Positions 1-10,211 of a stretch of 64,000 nucleotides of DNA are shown in pieces (the stretch's first letter is position 1; each line of letters opens with the position of its first letter). Location of the stretch: NCBI GenBank assembly GCA_014804485.1, contig JAAUZT010000034.1, positions 18,339 through 82,338 on the forward strand. The letters are read 5' to 3'. Under the pieces are notes generated by a model that searched no databases, was not told the origin of the DNA, and saw only the letters and a list, made by a program, of their open reading frames with translations. Made by a program: the position numbers and the translations under genes. The DNA is from Lachnospiraceae bacterium. GTDB lineage: Bacteria; Bacillota; Clostridia; Lachnospirales; Lachnospiraceae.

Positions 1-4
1 TCAG

Positions 5-547
5 GTGGAGACTATTGTGCCGGAAGAGAAAAAGGAATTTGCGGAAGGAACCGATGTGTATAGAGTATATCATTGCCATGGATTGGTTCCGGTTCGAGAT
101 TCGGCTGATTTGGAGCAGATTACGTCGCAAATTATATTGACAGAGACATCTTACTATAATGAAGAAGCCAGTAATTATAGTCTGGCAAATGTTTTGCAGG
201 CATATTCCATGAATTATTGCAATCTGCTTTATGTTGGCTTTTCCGGTGCAGATTATACATTCCGAAGGATTATCAGAGGTCTCGGCTTGGATAAAGATGC
301 AATGCAGCATTATATTTTTTTCTGTGCTGATGATATTGTAAATATGGTGTATGATGGAAGGACAAATAAAGAAATAACGAAAGACGAGTTCATCAGACAA
401 GTGGCGTGTGGCAATACAAGATATGATTATGAGAGGCTGATGATCAACCAGCTCATTGTTTCTAAGACCTTATATTGGAAAGAAAAGGGAATGAATGTGA
501 TTTGGTCAACATGGGAAGAACTTCCGCAGGTATTGATGGGGCTGTAA
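5..547 (+). CDS. SIR2-like (SIR2_2) domain protein, C-terminal part; 5' end probably outside the window
   Basis: Motifs VYHCHG, IILTETSY and LLYVGFSGAD match the hHG and GxSxxD motifs of SIR2_2 domains. Confidence 0.7.
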   Translation: METIVPEEKKEFAEGTDVYRVYHCHGLVPVRDSADLEQITSQIILTETSYYNEEASNYSLANVLQAYSMNYCNLLYVGFSGADYTFRRIIRGLGLDKDAMQHYIFFCADDIVNMVYDGRTNKEITKDEFIRQVACGNTRYDYERLMINQLIVSKTLYWKEKGMNVIWSTWEELPQVLMGL

Positions 548-611
548 TGAGTCACCTGTTGTAATGGAGCTTCAGATGTTTTGGAATACCTTATGAACCA
601 GTGGATGGCGG

Positions 612-647
612 AAAGCAGGCAAAGATAATTTTATTTTTGCCTGTTTT
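612..647 (+). terminator. Rho-independent terminator after the SIR2-like gene
   Basis: AAAGCAGGCAAAGATAA / TTATTTTTGCCTGTTTT inverted repeat with G-U pairs, ending in a T run. Confidence 0.6.
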
Positions 648-722
648 GTGTTACAATAGCGTGAGAAGAATTTTTGGACTTGCAAGGCAGGTCATGAGTA
701 TGCTAGAGTGGTAGGCCAATGC

Positions 723-731
723 TGTTATAAT
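723..731 (+). promoter_or_regulatory. Extended -10 sigmaA promoter element
   Basis: TGTTATAAT about 70 bp upstream of the CDS at 800. Confidence 0.4.
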
Positions 732-799
732 AATATATGCGGTGACAAAACAGAGTAAAAGAAGAACCAATAAAGTGACTTAATAATGATTGGATTGGA

Positions 800-2167
800 G
801 TGCGGCGATCTATGCGTAAGTTTCAGAAACAGCAGCTTAAAGACATTTTCAAAGAAATACACATAGTTCATCAGCAATGCAGAGACAGGCTGGCGGAAAA
901 AGAGTACCAGACAGTAAGAAATTTATTTGCTGACTGTCAGGAGACAGTAATTCAGATCGGGGAGTTTATTGAAGATTTGGAAGGTACCGGGACAGAGGCT
1001 GTTTCTTGCCTGGAGCGGTATTGTGAAGAGCTGTATCAGATCAGCACACAATTGGAAGAAATATCGGTGCAGAAGACCTATAAAAGTCTGGAAGGAATAT
1101 TGATAAAGGCGGAGAACGCAGTGGATCATATTCCCATTCGGAGGGAAATCGTATTTTTGCCATATAAGGCAAGCATGTGGGATTCACTGGAAAGTGTGTA
1201 TCTGGCGGCACGGGAAGACGAAATGTGTGATGCTTATGTGATACCGATTCCTTATTATGATAAGAATGCAGATGGAAGTTTCGGAGAAATGCACTATGAG
1301 GGTGGAGACTATCCGGATAATATTGAGATTACACATTATGAAGCATATGATTTGGAACAAAGGCATCCGGATGTCATCTATATACACAATCCCTATGATA
1401 ACTGTAATATTGTCACCAGCGTACCGGAACGGTATTTCAGCAGCAATCTGAGAAACTGTACGGATTGCCTGGTGTATATCCCATATTTTATATTGAGTGA
1501 GATAGAGCCGGATGATCAGGAAGCTGTTGATCATATGAAGCATTTCTGCTTTCTGCCGGGAGTGATCTGGGCGGATAAGGTAATCATGCAGTCTGAGAAA
1601 ATGAGGCAGATTTATATCAATGAATTTGTTAAAGCGGCGAAAGAGAGCGGATTGCCGGAAGAGTATACCGACAGAAAGAGATTGGAGGATAAAATATTAG
1701 GGCTTGGTTCTCCGAAGCTGGACAAGGCACGCAATACGCGAAGGGAAGATCTGGAAGTGCCGGATGAGTGGCTTAAAATCATAGAGAAACCAGATGGCAC
1801 GTGGAAAAAAATCATTTTCTATAATACGAGCATAAGCGCTCTTTTGAATGATGATGAGAAGATGCTTGAAAAGATGAAATCTGTTTTTAGTATATTTAAG
1901 GAGCAACAGGACACGGTAGCGCTTCTGTGGCGGCCGCATCCGTTGATTGCTTCAACGATTAAAAGTATGAAGCCGGAACTCTGGGCGGAATATGAGGAGA
2001 TAGTGAAGGCATACAGGGAAGAATGCTGGGGGATTTATGATGACAGCGCGGATTTGGAGCGAGCGGTAATATTGAGCGATGCTTATTACGGGGACATGAG
2101 CAGTGTAGTGCAGGTGTATCAGGAAACGGGGAAGCCGGTTATGATACAGAATGTGGAGGTGTTATAG
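800..2167 (+). CDS. CDP-glycerol:glycerophosphotransferase-like (GT-B fold) protein
   Basis: GLGSPKLD, LLWRPHP and DAYYGDMSSV motifs typical of the TagF-like family; start may be ATG 812. Confidence 0.6.
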   Translation: MRRSMRKFQKQQLKDIFKEIHIVHQQCRDRLAEKEYQTVRNLFADCQETVIQIGEFIEDLEGTGTEAVSCLERYCEELYQISTQLEEISVQKTYKSLEGILIKAENAVDHIPIRREIVFLPYKASMWDSLESVYLAAREDEMCDAYVIPIPYYDKNADGSFGEMHYEGGDYPDNIEITHYEAYDLEQRHPDVIYIHNPYDNCNIVTSVPERYFSSNLRNCTDCLVYIPYFILSEIEPDDQEAVDHMKHFCFLPGVIWADKVIMQSEKMRQIYINEFVKAAKESGLPEEYTDRKRLEDKILGLGSPKLDKARNTRREDLEVPDEWLKIIEKPDGTWKKIIFYNTSISALLNDDEKMLEKMKSVFSIFKEQQDTVALLWRPHPLIASTIKSMKPELWAEYEEIVKAYREECWGIYDDSADLERAVILSDAYYGDMSSVVQVYQETGKPVMIQNVEVL

Positions 2168-2238
2168 CGAGGCGGAATGAGGCGATTAAAGCAGCATTGG
2201 CAGAGTTTGACTATGGAATAATAGGAGGCAAACAGAGG

Positions 2239-3015
2239 ATGAGCTGGGAAAAAGAACTCAAGGTTTCTAAGAAGGCAGCAGTAGAAGCCGGAAAAGAAAT
2301 TATGAAAGTATATAACTCCGAAAAGATAAATGTAGAATATAAGGATGACAGATCTCCGCTTACGGAAGCAGACAGGCAGGCGAATAAAGTAATTGTAGAT
2401 ATGCTGTCAGGGGAGTTTCCTGATTATGCAATCTTATCGGAAGAGGAAAAGGATAACCGAGAAAGGCGGCAGAATGATTACTGCTTTGTAGTAGATCCAT
2501 TAGACGGAACCAAGGAATTTATAAAAAGGAACGGACAATTCACGATCAATATTGCTTTAGCCCATAAAGGGAAATCCGTTATGGGCGTAATTTATGTTCC
2601 GGTAACGGAAGAATTATATTGGGCAGCGGAAGGGAACGGAGCTTTTCTGACTTTGCATGACAAGACTGAAAGAATCCATGTATCTGACAGAACGAAGGAT
2701 ATTCGCGTCGTAATGAGCAGTTCTCATGGCTGCGCGGAGATGGACCACCTGATACAAAAAAATAATCTTGTCAATCATGTTAAAATGGGAAGTTCTTTGA
2801 AGGGCTGTATCATAGCGAAAGGAGAGGCGGAAATATATTACCGTTTTAACCCTACTATGGAGTGGGATACCGCCGCCATGCAGTGCATCGTGGAGGAAGC
2901 CGGGGCAATTTTTAAGCAGATGGATGATTCGGAAATGAGATATAACCGAGAGGATTGTCGAAACGGGAAAGGCTTTTATATTATTAACTGTTTGGAAAAC
3001 AAGATGAAGTGGTAA
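2239..3015 (+). CDS. cysQ: 3'(2'),5'-bisphosphate nucleotidase (PAP phosphatase)
   Basis: SPLTEAD, LSEE, VDPLDGTKEF and EWDTAA motifs; ATG 2239 with a purine-rich RBS. Confidence 0.92.
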   Translation: MSWEKELKVSKKAAVEAGKEIMKVYNSEKINVEYKDDRSPLTEADRQANKVIVDMLSGEFPDYAILSEEEKDNRERRQNDYCFVVDPLDGTKEFIKRNGQFTINIALAHKGKSVMGVIYVPVTEELYWAAEGNGAFLTLHDKTERIHVSDRTKDIRVVMSSSHGCAEMDHLIQKNNLVNHVKMGSSLKGCIIAKGEAEIYYRFNPTMEWDTAAMQCIVEEAGAIFKQMDDSEMRYNREDCRNGKGFYIINCLENKMKW

Positions 3016-3146
3016 AAAACAAGCTTTACTTGATCGCGAAATTTGTCTGTGGCAAACTCGAATCTTGTCCAAAAGGGAAAGATGGGTATAAAATAAAAAG
3101 AAATTGAACGTGTGCACACCAGAAGGTGTACAGAAATGAGGAGAAC

Positions 3147-4046
3147 ATGCGGGAGTTGACACATTTAGAGCAATTGGAGGCGGAAGCAATCTATATTATG
3201 CGGGAAGTTGCCGCTGAGTGCGAGAAGCCGGTAATGCTTTACTCGATTGGTAAGGACAGTTCAGTGATGCTGCATCTGGCCCTTAAGGCTTTTTATCCGG
3301 AGAAACCGCCGTTTCCGTTTCTGCATATTGATACGACATGGAAATTTAAAGAGATGATAGCTTTTCGGGATGAGACAGCTAAGAGACTAGGCATAGAAAT
3401 GCTGGTATATACGAACGAAGAGGGTGTAAAACAGGGAATCAACCCTTTCGACCATGGTGCCGCGTATACGGATATCATGAAGACACAGGCATTGAAACAG
3501 GCGTTGGATCATTATGGGTTTACGGCAGCGTTCGGCGGAGGTCGGCGGGATGAGGAGAAATCCCGCGCAAAGGAGAGAGTGTTTTCATTTAGAAATGCAC
3601 AGCACGCGTGGGATCCGAAGAATCAGCGGCCGGAAATGTGGAAACTGTATAACACGAAGATCAACAAGGGTGAGTCAATCCGTATATTTCCATTGTCTAA
3701 TTGGACAGAAAAGGATATCTGGCAGTATATACGTCAGGAGAATATAGACATTGTTCCGCTTTACTTTGCGAAGGAAAGACCGGTAGTGTATCGGGACGGT
3801 AATATCATAATGGTGGATGATGATCGGATGAAGCTGCGGTCTGATGAAAAAGTAGAATGGAAAAAAGTGCGGTTCAGGACATTGGGATGTTATCCGCTGA
3901 CCGGAGGCGTGGAATCGGATGCGGATACGTTAGATTCTATTATTGAAGAAACCTTACAGGCAATCACTTCGGAGCGGACAAGCAGAGTGATTGATCATGA
4001 AGCGGCAGGAAGCATGGAGAGACGTAAGAGAGAGGGATATTTCTAA
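3147..4046 (+). CDS. cysD: Sulfate adenylyltransferase subunit 2
   Basis: [29 protein letters not shown] and C-terminal KREGYF; ATG 3147 after GAGGAG. Confidence 0.97.
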   Translation: MRELTHLEQLEAEAIYIMREVAAECEKPVMLYSIGKDSSVMLHLALKAFYPEKPPFPFLHIDTTWKFKEMIAFRDETAKRLGIEMLVYTNEEGVKQGINPFDHGAAYTDIMKTQALKQALDHYGFTAAFGGGRRDEEKSRAKERVFSFRNAQHAWDPKNQRPEMWKLYNTKINKGESIRIFPLSNWTEKDIWQYIRQENIDIVPLYFAKERPVVYRDGNIIMVDDDRMKLRSDEKVEWKKVRFRTLGCYPLTGGVESDADTLDSIIEETLQAITSERTSRVIDHEAAGSMERRKREGYF

Positions 4047-4048
4047 TT

Positions 4049-5899
4049 ATGAAGAGTTTATTAAAGTTTATAACCTGCGGAAGTGTGGATGACGGTAAAT
4101 CTACCTTGATCGGTCATATGCTATATGATGCGAAACTGATCTTTGCGGATCAGAAAAAGGCGTTGGAATTAGATAGCAAGGTCGGCAGCCGTGAGGGAAA
4201 GATAGATTATTCTCTGCTACTGGATGGACTGATGGCGGAGCGGGAACAGGGCATTACAATTGATGTGGCATACCGGTATTTTACAACGGATAAAAGAAGC
4301 TTTATTGTGGCAGATACACCCGGTCACGAAGAGTATACAAGGAATATGGCGGTGGGAGCATCCTTTGCCGATGTGGCGGTAATTTTGATTGATGCGACAC
4401 AGGGAATGCTGATTCAGACAAGACGTCATATCAGAATCTGTTCTTTGATGGGGATCAAGCACTTTGTGTTTGCAATCAATAAAATGGACTTAGTTCATTA
4501 CGATAAGAGTGTTTATGATAAAATAGCCAGAGATATCAAAAAATTCATAAGTGAATTTGATGTGCACTCTATTCGTATGATACCTGTTTCGGCAACAGAG
4601 GGGGATAATATTACGCATACGTCATCGGCTATGCCATGGTATCATGACGAAACGCTGTTAGAATATCTGGAAAAGATAGAACCATCAGATTTGTCGGGGC
4701 AGGAAGAGTTCGTCATGGCGGTACAGCGTGTCAGCAGACCGAGTCATACTTTTAGGGGATTCCAAGGGCAGATCAATACGGGAGAAATATCTGTGGGGGA
4801 TGAGGTTGTCGTATTACCCAGCGGCGAGCATGCTAAAGTGGCCGGAATCTACGTGGCAGATCAGGAGGAAGAGACAGCGCAGGCAGGAGAACCTGTTACC
4901 CTTCAGCTGGATCGGGAGATAGATATATCCAGAGGCTGTGTACTTTGCAGAAATAACAGAGCGGAGGAAAATTCCGGAGGTGAGGATACCCCATTAAGCA
5001 TAGAGACCGCTAATATGGTTACGGTAAAGTTATTCTGGATGGATGATGACAGATTAGTGCCGGGAAGAAATTATTGGATCAAGGTAGGAACGAAAATGCT
5101 ACCGGCCTCTGTCATGAATATAAAGTATAAGATTGACGTTAACAGTGGAGAGCAGCTTCCGGCGGAACAGATTTATAAGAATGAGCTGGCAGTGTGCGAT
5201 ATTATGTTATCGGAGAAATGTGCCGTCAGTGCATTTGACAGGAATAAAGAGCTCGGCAGTTTTATTTTTATCAACAGAGTGACCAATATGACCTCGGCGT
5301 GCGGTACGATCATGCATACTTTGCGCCGCTCCAATAATTTGGTATGGCAGGAAACCGATATCACGAAGCAGATTCGCTCGGAGCAGAAGAGTCAGACACC
5401 TAAGACTGTATGGTTTACGGGATTGTCGGGATCGGGAAAATCCACACTTGCTAATGCGTTGGAGAAAAGATTGGTGGCGATGGGAAGACATACCATGCTT
5501 TTAGACGGCGATAATATCCGTATGGGATTAAATAAGAATCTTGGATTCACGGAAGCGGACAGAGTGGAGAATATCAGACGGATTGCCGAAGTGGCTAAAC
5601 TCATGAATGATGCGGGATTGATTGTGTTGACGGCGTTTATCTCTCCTTATAAGAGAGATCGGGAAAATGCGAAAGAGATTATTGGAGATGATTTTCTGGA
5701 AGTATATGTCAGCACACCGATTGAAGAGTGTGAGAGAAGAGACGTGAAGGGGTTATACAAAAAGGCAAGAAAGGGAGAAATTCCCAATTTCACGGGTATC
5801 AGCAGTCCTTATGAAGCTCCGGATACTCCGGACGTGGTAGTTAATACACAGGAGATGTCTATCGAAGATGCAGTATCTATGATTGTGGATAAAATGTAA
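4049..5899 (+). CDS. cysNC: Bifunctional sulfate adenylyltransferase subunit 1 / APS kinase
   Basis: GSVDDGKST, EREQGITID, DTPGH and NKMD GTPase motifs; C-terminal WFTGLSGSGKST and LDGDNIR kinase domain. Confidence 0.96.
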   Translation: MKSLLKFITCGSVDDGKSTLIGHMLYDAKLIFADQKKALELDSKVGSREGKIDYSLLLDGLMAEREQGITIDVAYRYFTTDKRSFIVADTPGHEEYTRNMAVGASFADVAVILIDATQGMLIQTRRHIRICSLMGIKHFVFAINKMDLVHYDKSVYDKIARDIKKFISEFDVHSIRMIPVSATEGDNITHTSSAMPWYHDETLLEYLEKIEPSDLSGQEEFVMAVQRVSRPSHTFRGFQGQINTGEISVGDEVVVLPSGEHAKVAGIYVADQEEETAQAGEPVTLQLDREIDISRGCVLCRNNRAEENSGGEDTPLSIETANMVTVKLFWMDDDRLVPGRNYWIKVGTKMLPASVMNIKYKIDVNSGEQLPAEQIYKNELAVCDIMLSEKCAVSAFDRNKELGSFIFINRVTNMTSACGTIMHTLRRSNNLVWQETDITKQIRSEQKSQTPKTVWFTGLSGSGKSTLANALEKRLVAMGRHTMLLDGDNIRMGLNKNLGFTEADRVENIRRIAEVAKLMNDAGLIVLTAFISPYKRDRENAKEIIGDDFLEVYVSTPIEECERRDVKGLYKKARKGEIPNFTGISSPYEAPDTPDVVVNTQEMSIEDAVSMIVDKM

Positions 5900-5940
5900 A
5901 AGTTATTGTTCACGGTGGGTATTTAGATTTGCCGATATAG

Positions 5941-5982
5941 AGGGATAGCGTGGCATGCTCAGAGAGGATGGCAGCTATCCCT
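5941..5982. terminator. Inverted repeat between the convergent cysNC and lacI-family genes
   Basis: AGGGATAGC (5941-5949) and GCTATCCCT (5974-5982); overlaps the last codons of the regulator. Confidence 0.3.
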
Positions 5983-6972
5983 TTCAATGATTTTACAAGG
6001 AAACTCCACACGGACACATTCGCTGTGCTTGTGCATAATGCGATCCAACAGGACCGTGACTGCCATTCTTCCCATATCCTCCTTCGGAACATTTACCGTG
6101 GTCAGAAACGGAGAAGAGGTTTGGGAGAGAGCAATATTGTCAATTGAGATAACTGATATTTTGAAATCTGATTTTGACATTTTACGGTTGCCTGTTTTGG
6201 CAGGGTTCAGTTCAGACAGAGCTTTTAACGCTCCTAATGCGGAGATGTCATTGGCACAGAACACAGCAGTGATATCCTGCCGCAAAAGCGTCTGCATGGC
6301 AGTAAAACCGCTGTCAAAGGTTTGATCTGTGGAGCAGATATAATTATAATTTAGTGGAATGCTGCGGGCAATTAATGTTTCGCAGTAACCGACATAGCGT
6401 GATTCAGAGGAACAGTCGCCGATATAGCCGATTTTGCGGTGCCCTAAGGAAAGCAGGTGCTCCATGGCTTTGATGGCGGCCGTTTTGCCGTTACAGATAA
6501 TTTCATCCATTTTATAGTCTGTCGGGTTTCGATCTACACCTACGATATTTCGCGTATATTTTCTGATTTGAGTTAAGAAATCATCTGAACAGCGGCCTAA
6601 GATAATAACGCCATCTGCCGTTGTCAGGGAAGAAAGATCGCTCTGTTCGGAAGTGGAGACAGAGTGCAATAGACAGGAACAGGCAAATAAGGATTCTTCA
6701 ATACTCTGAAAAAGCTCACGAAAAAAAGGGTCGGTGTCCAAAGAATGAAAACGGGACAAAATAACAGCGATTCTGTAACCGAGGGTATCTGTCTGAACGC
6801 CTGATTTAAGATTGCGGGCATAGGAATTCGGAACATAATTTAGGCTGTGCGCGGCTTCCCAGATTTTTGCCTTTAATTCGGGTGAAGCGCAGGTTGACAC
6901 TGTGTTATTCAGTACACGTGAAACAGTTGAGGGGGAAACGCCCACCATTTCTGCTATTTTTTTTAGCGACAT
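5959..6972 (-). CDS. LacI-family transcriptional regulator
   Basis: N-terminal HTH SLKKIAEMVGVSPSTVSRVLN, hinge YVPNSYARNL, AVFCAND, LTTV; true start ATG 6972 after GAGG. Confidence 0.93.
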   Translation of the reverse strand: MSLKKIAEMVGVSPSTVSRVLNNTVSTCASPELKAKIWEAAHSLNYVPNSYARNLKSGVQTDTLGYRIAVILSRFHSLDTDPFFRELFQSIEESLFACSCLLHSVSTSEQSDLSSLTTADGVIILGRCSDDFLTQIRKYTRNIVGVDRNPTDYKMDEIICNGKTAAIKAMEHLLSLGHRKIGYIGDCSSESRYVGYCETLIARSIPLNYNYICSTDQTFDSGFTAMQTLLRQDITAVFCANDISALGALKALSELNPAKTGNRKMSKSDFKISVISIDNIALSQTSSPFLTTVNVPKEDMGRMAVTVLLDRIMHKHSECVRVEFPCKIIERDSCHPL

Positions 6973-7055
6973 GTTTTCCTCGATTCTCCATGACGGATAT
7001 ACAATATTTATTATTAGGTGACAAGGCTTCATTGTGTGTTAATATACTATACAGA

Positions 7056-7067
7056 GCAAACGTTTGC
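7056..7067. promoter_or_regulatory. LacI-type operator 1
   Basis: Perfect palindrome GCAAACGTTTGC with central CG in the divergent intergenic region. Confidence 0.75.
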
Positions 7068-7225
7068 GTAAAAACAAGTTGCGAGAATTTTGGACATACA
7101 GATATAATACTAATGGTTTAAATGCATTATACCCGATAAAAGATTGAAGTTCAACTCATAATAATCGCAGATATGGACGATAAAAAAAGATAAAGGAAGA
7201 TGAAAGCGGGGAGGATAAAATAATT

Positions 7226-8266
7226 ATGAGAAGAAATAAAGCAAACGTTTGCTTAAAAAGCATAGTGACTGCGGTCATTATTCTGTCGATGAGTATTACA
7301 GGGTGCGGCAGTGAGGCGAATTCTGTGGCGGAAGGAAACGGAGAAATAGAACTTTTAAATGTCTCTTATGACCCGACGCGTGAGTTTTATGCGGAGTATA
7401 ATAATCTGTTCTGCGAATATTGGAGAGAGAAAAGCGGGCAGGAAGTAATCGTGACGCAGTCGCATGGGGGTTCCGGTTCTCAGGCACGCTCCGTGATTGA
7501 AGGTAATGAAGCAGATGTAGTCACGTTGGCGCTGGCGCATGATGTGACGGCAATAGAAGAAGCCGGGTTGATTGAAGGCGGATGGATTGGGGAATTCGAT
7601 GGCGATAGTGCTCCCTACACATCTACGATTGTATTTCTGGTACATAAGGGAAATGAGAAAAACATACAGGATTGGGATGATCTGGTAAAAGAAGAGATTG
7701 AGGTCATTACGCCTAATCCTAAAACATCAGGAGGTGCATGTTGGAATTTCCTGGCGGCGTGGGCGTATCAGCAGAAGCGTGACGGCAATGACGAGGAACA
7801 GACGAAAGAATTTATGAGGAAATTGTATCAGAATGTACTCGTGTTAGATTCCGGTGCAAGAGGGGCGACCAATACCTTTGTGGAAAACGGACAGGGAGAT
7901 ATATTGATTGCTTGGGAGAATGAGGCATATTTGGCGATGGAAGAGTATCCTGATCAGTATGAGATCGTTACACCCAGTGTCAGCATTTTGGCACAGCCTT
8001 CGGTAGCTGTGGTGGATCGTAATGTGGAAGACCACGGCACGAGGGAAGCTGCGGAGGCATATCTGGAATATCTGTACAGTGATGAGGCGCAGAGGCTGGC
8101 AGGAGAGAATTATTATCGCCCGACAAAAGAGGAAATTTTGCGAGAGTTTACGGATCAGTTTAATTTAGAGATGAATCTTGTTACGATTGACGACTTCGGC
8201 GGATGGGATGAGGCATACCGGGCATATTTTGACGATGGGGCAATCTTTGACCAGATATATGATTAG
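7226..8266 (+). CDS. sbp: Sulfate ABC transporter substrate-binding lipoprotein
   Basis: Lipobox ITGC; LLNVSYDPTRE, QSHGGSGSQAR, TPNPKTSGGA and WENEA motifs. Confidence 0.95.
   Translation: MRRNKANVCLKSIVTAVIILSMSITGCGSEANSVAEGNGEIELLNVSYDPTREFYAEYNNLFCEYWREKSGQEVIVTQSHGGSGSQARSVIEGNEADVVTLALAHDVTAIEEAGLIEGGWIGEFDGDSAPYTSTIVFLVHKGNEKNIQDWDDLVKEEIEVITPNPKTSGGACWNFLAAWAYQQKRDGNDEEQTKEFMRKLYQNVLVLDSGARGATNTFVENGQGDILIAWENEAYLAMEEYPDQYEIVTPSVSILAQPSVAVVDRNVEDHGTREAAEAYLEYLYSDEAQRLAGENYYRPTKEEILREFTDQFNLEMNLVTIDDFGGWDEAYRAYFDDGAIFDQIYD
7239..7254. promoter_or_regulatory. LacI-type operator 2, inside the start of sbp
   Basis: Perfect 16-bp palindrome AAGCAAACGTTTGCTT with the same core as operator 1. 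Confidence 0.7.
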
Positions 8267-8363
8267 AGAGCGAAAGCATTGGAGCTTTTGCGAGTAATTT
8301 TGACGTGTTATATATGCGGGGTGCTGATATACTTAACAGACTAAAAGGGAGATACTTGGTTGT

Positions 8364-9215
8364 ATGGAACAGCAGATTGTAAAAGTGAAAAATAAAAGAG
8401 GTGTAAGAGTGATTCCGGGATTTGGTCTGTCGTTGGGAGTGACTCTTTCGATGCTGAGTGTGCTTGTACTGATTCCACTGACCTCCATTTTCATCAGTGC
8501 CGGAAGGCTTGACCTTCATGAGTTTATAGCGGCTGTTACCTCTCGCCAGATTGTTTCCGGATATGTTGTCAGCTTTTCCTGCGCTTTTTTTGCAGCTCTG
8601 GTGAATGCTGTGTTTGGTATGATTCTCGCGTGGGTGTTGGTGCGGTATGACTTTCCGGGGAAACGGTTTATGGATGGAATCATTGAACTGCCTTTTGCGT
8701 TGCCTACCGCAGTGGCGGGCATTTCTTTGACGTATCTTTACTCGGATCAGGGGTGGATCGGCTCCATATTTGATAAGGCGGGAATAAAAATTGCATATAC
8801 TCGTATCGGTATTACGATTGCCATGGTTTTTGTCGGCATTCCTTTTGTGGTAAGAACAGTGCAGCCGGTGCTGGCAAAATTGGACAGGCAGTATGAAGAG
8901 GCGGCGATGATGCTCGGAGCCGGTCGTATGCGTATTTTCTGCAAAGTAATTCTGCCGGAGTTATTTCCGGCATTGCTTGCGGGATTCGGGCTTGCCTTTG
9001 CCAGAGGGATCGGCGAGTATGGGAGTGTTGTGTTTATTGCCGGTAATATTCCCTATAAGACGCAGATTGCGCCGCTGCTTATTATGACCAAGCTGGAACA
9101 GTATAAATATGCGGATGCTACTGCAATCGCGTTGGTTCTGCTGTTGATTTCTTTTGTACTGATGTTCTTGATTAATTCGGTACAGATCTATATGCAGAAG
9201 TTTAGTAAGGTATGA
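8364..9215 (+). CDS. cysT: Sulfate ABC transporter permease CysT
   Basis: VIPGFGLSLG, LPFALPTAVAG, EAA loop, GEYGSV. Confidence 0.95.
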   Translation: MEQQIVKVKNKRGVRVIPGFGLSLGVTLSMLSVLVLIPLTSIFISAGRLDLHEFIAAVTSRQIVSGYVVSFSCAFFAALVNAVFGMILAWVLVRYDFPGKRFMDGIIELPFALPTAVAGISLTYLYSDQGWIGSIFDKAGIKIAYTRIGITIAMVFVGIPFVVRTVQPVLAKLDRQYEEAAMMLGAGRMRIFCKVILPELFPALLAGFGLAFARGIGEYGSVVFIAGNIPYKTQIAPLLIMTKLEQYKYADATAIALVLLLISFVLMFLINSVQIYMQKFSKV

Positions 9216-9254
9216 GAATTTGCAGCAGTTTATATGGATGAATGAGGAGTGAAT

Positions 9255-10148
9255 ATGTCTGAAAAGTTAAGCAAAACATACGAACAGGATATTATAGGGG
9301 ATGGTATTAATTCAATACAGAAGGTGATTGAACCGCATGGGGAAGAATCAGGGCGGACAACCCGATTTATATTGATTGGGATTTCAATGTTATTCTTATT
9401 TGTGATGTTGGTTTTGCCTCTGATCGTGGTGATCGTGAAGGCGTTGGGTGACGGGTGGCAGGCGTACACAAAAGCAATATCAGATCGGTATACCGTGAAA
9501 GCGTTAGAATTAACGCTGTTTGCAACAGTGTGCGCGGTGGCAGTCAATACGATATTCGGAGTGTTTGCGTCTTTTCTCCTATCCAAGTTTTATTTCAGAG
9601 GGCGGCAGATGTTGGCGACTCTGATTGATATTCCGTTCTCTATCTCCCCGGTGATTGCAGGACTGGTATTTATATTAACTTTCGGTAATATCGGATGGAT
9701 GGGGGGCTTCTTGAAGGCTCATAATATTAAAATTGTGTTTGCTGTGCCGGGAGTTATTCTGGCGACAATTTTCGTTACATTCCCATTTGTTTTCCGTGAG
9801 TTGTTTCCGGTTATGAATGCACAGGGCAAAGATGAGGAGGAAGCGGCGGCTTTGATGGGTGCCGACGGATTTACGATTTTCCGGAGGATAACGTTTCCGC
9901 ATATCAAGTGGGCACTGCTGTATGGAATCGTTCTGTGTACCGCCCGCGCGATGGGAGAATTCGGGGCAGTGTCCGTTATTTCCGGACACTTGAGGGGAAA
10001 AACGAATACGCTACCGCTCCATGTAGAAATTCTGTATAACGAGTTTAGTACAACGGCGGCATTTGCAGTCTCGTCTATTTTGGTCATACTGGCAGTGGTC
10101 ATTTTGATTATAAGAAGTCTGATAGAGCGTAAGCGTAAATTATTGTAA
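9255..10148 (+). CDS. cysW: Sulfate ABC transporter permease CysW
   Basis: DIPFSISPVIAG, EEEAAA, ARAMGEFGAVSV, TLPLHVE. Confidence 0.95.
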   Translation: MSEKLSKTYEQDIIGDGINSIQKVIEPHGEESGRTTRFILIGISMLFLFVMLVLPLIVVIVKALGDGWQAYTKAISDRYTVKALELTLFATVCAVAVNTIFGVFASFLLSKFYFRGRQMLATLIDIPFSISPVIAGLVFILTFGNIGWMGGFLKAHNIKIVFAVPGVILATIFVTFPFVFRELFPVMNAQGKDEEEAAALMGADGFTIFRRITFPHIKWALLYGIVLCTARAMGEFGAVSVISGHLRGKTNTLPLHVEILYNEFSTTAAFAVSSILVILAVVILIIRSLIERKRKLL

Positions 10149-10211
10149 AAATGTTTGGGGATATGAAAACGTTATGATGGGAAAATAATAAGGCGTGAAA
10201 GAGGAAAATTT

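Noticed and set aside
5931-5938. GCCGATAT as a fifth sigma28 promoter
   Set aside because: No TAAA at 15-16 nt spacing and no downstream GGA hairpin pair.
7110-7139. CTAAT..CCCGATAA upstream of sbp as a sigma28 promoter
   Set aside because: Mismatches in both boxes, 17-nt spacing and no module downstream.
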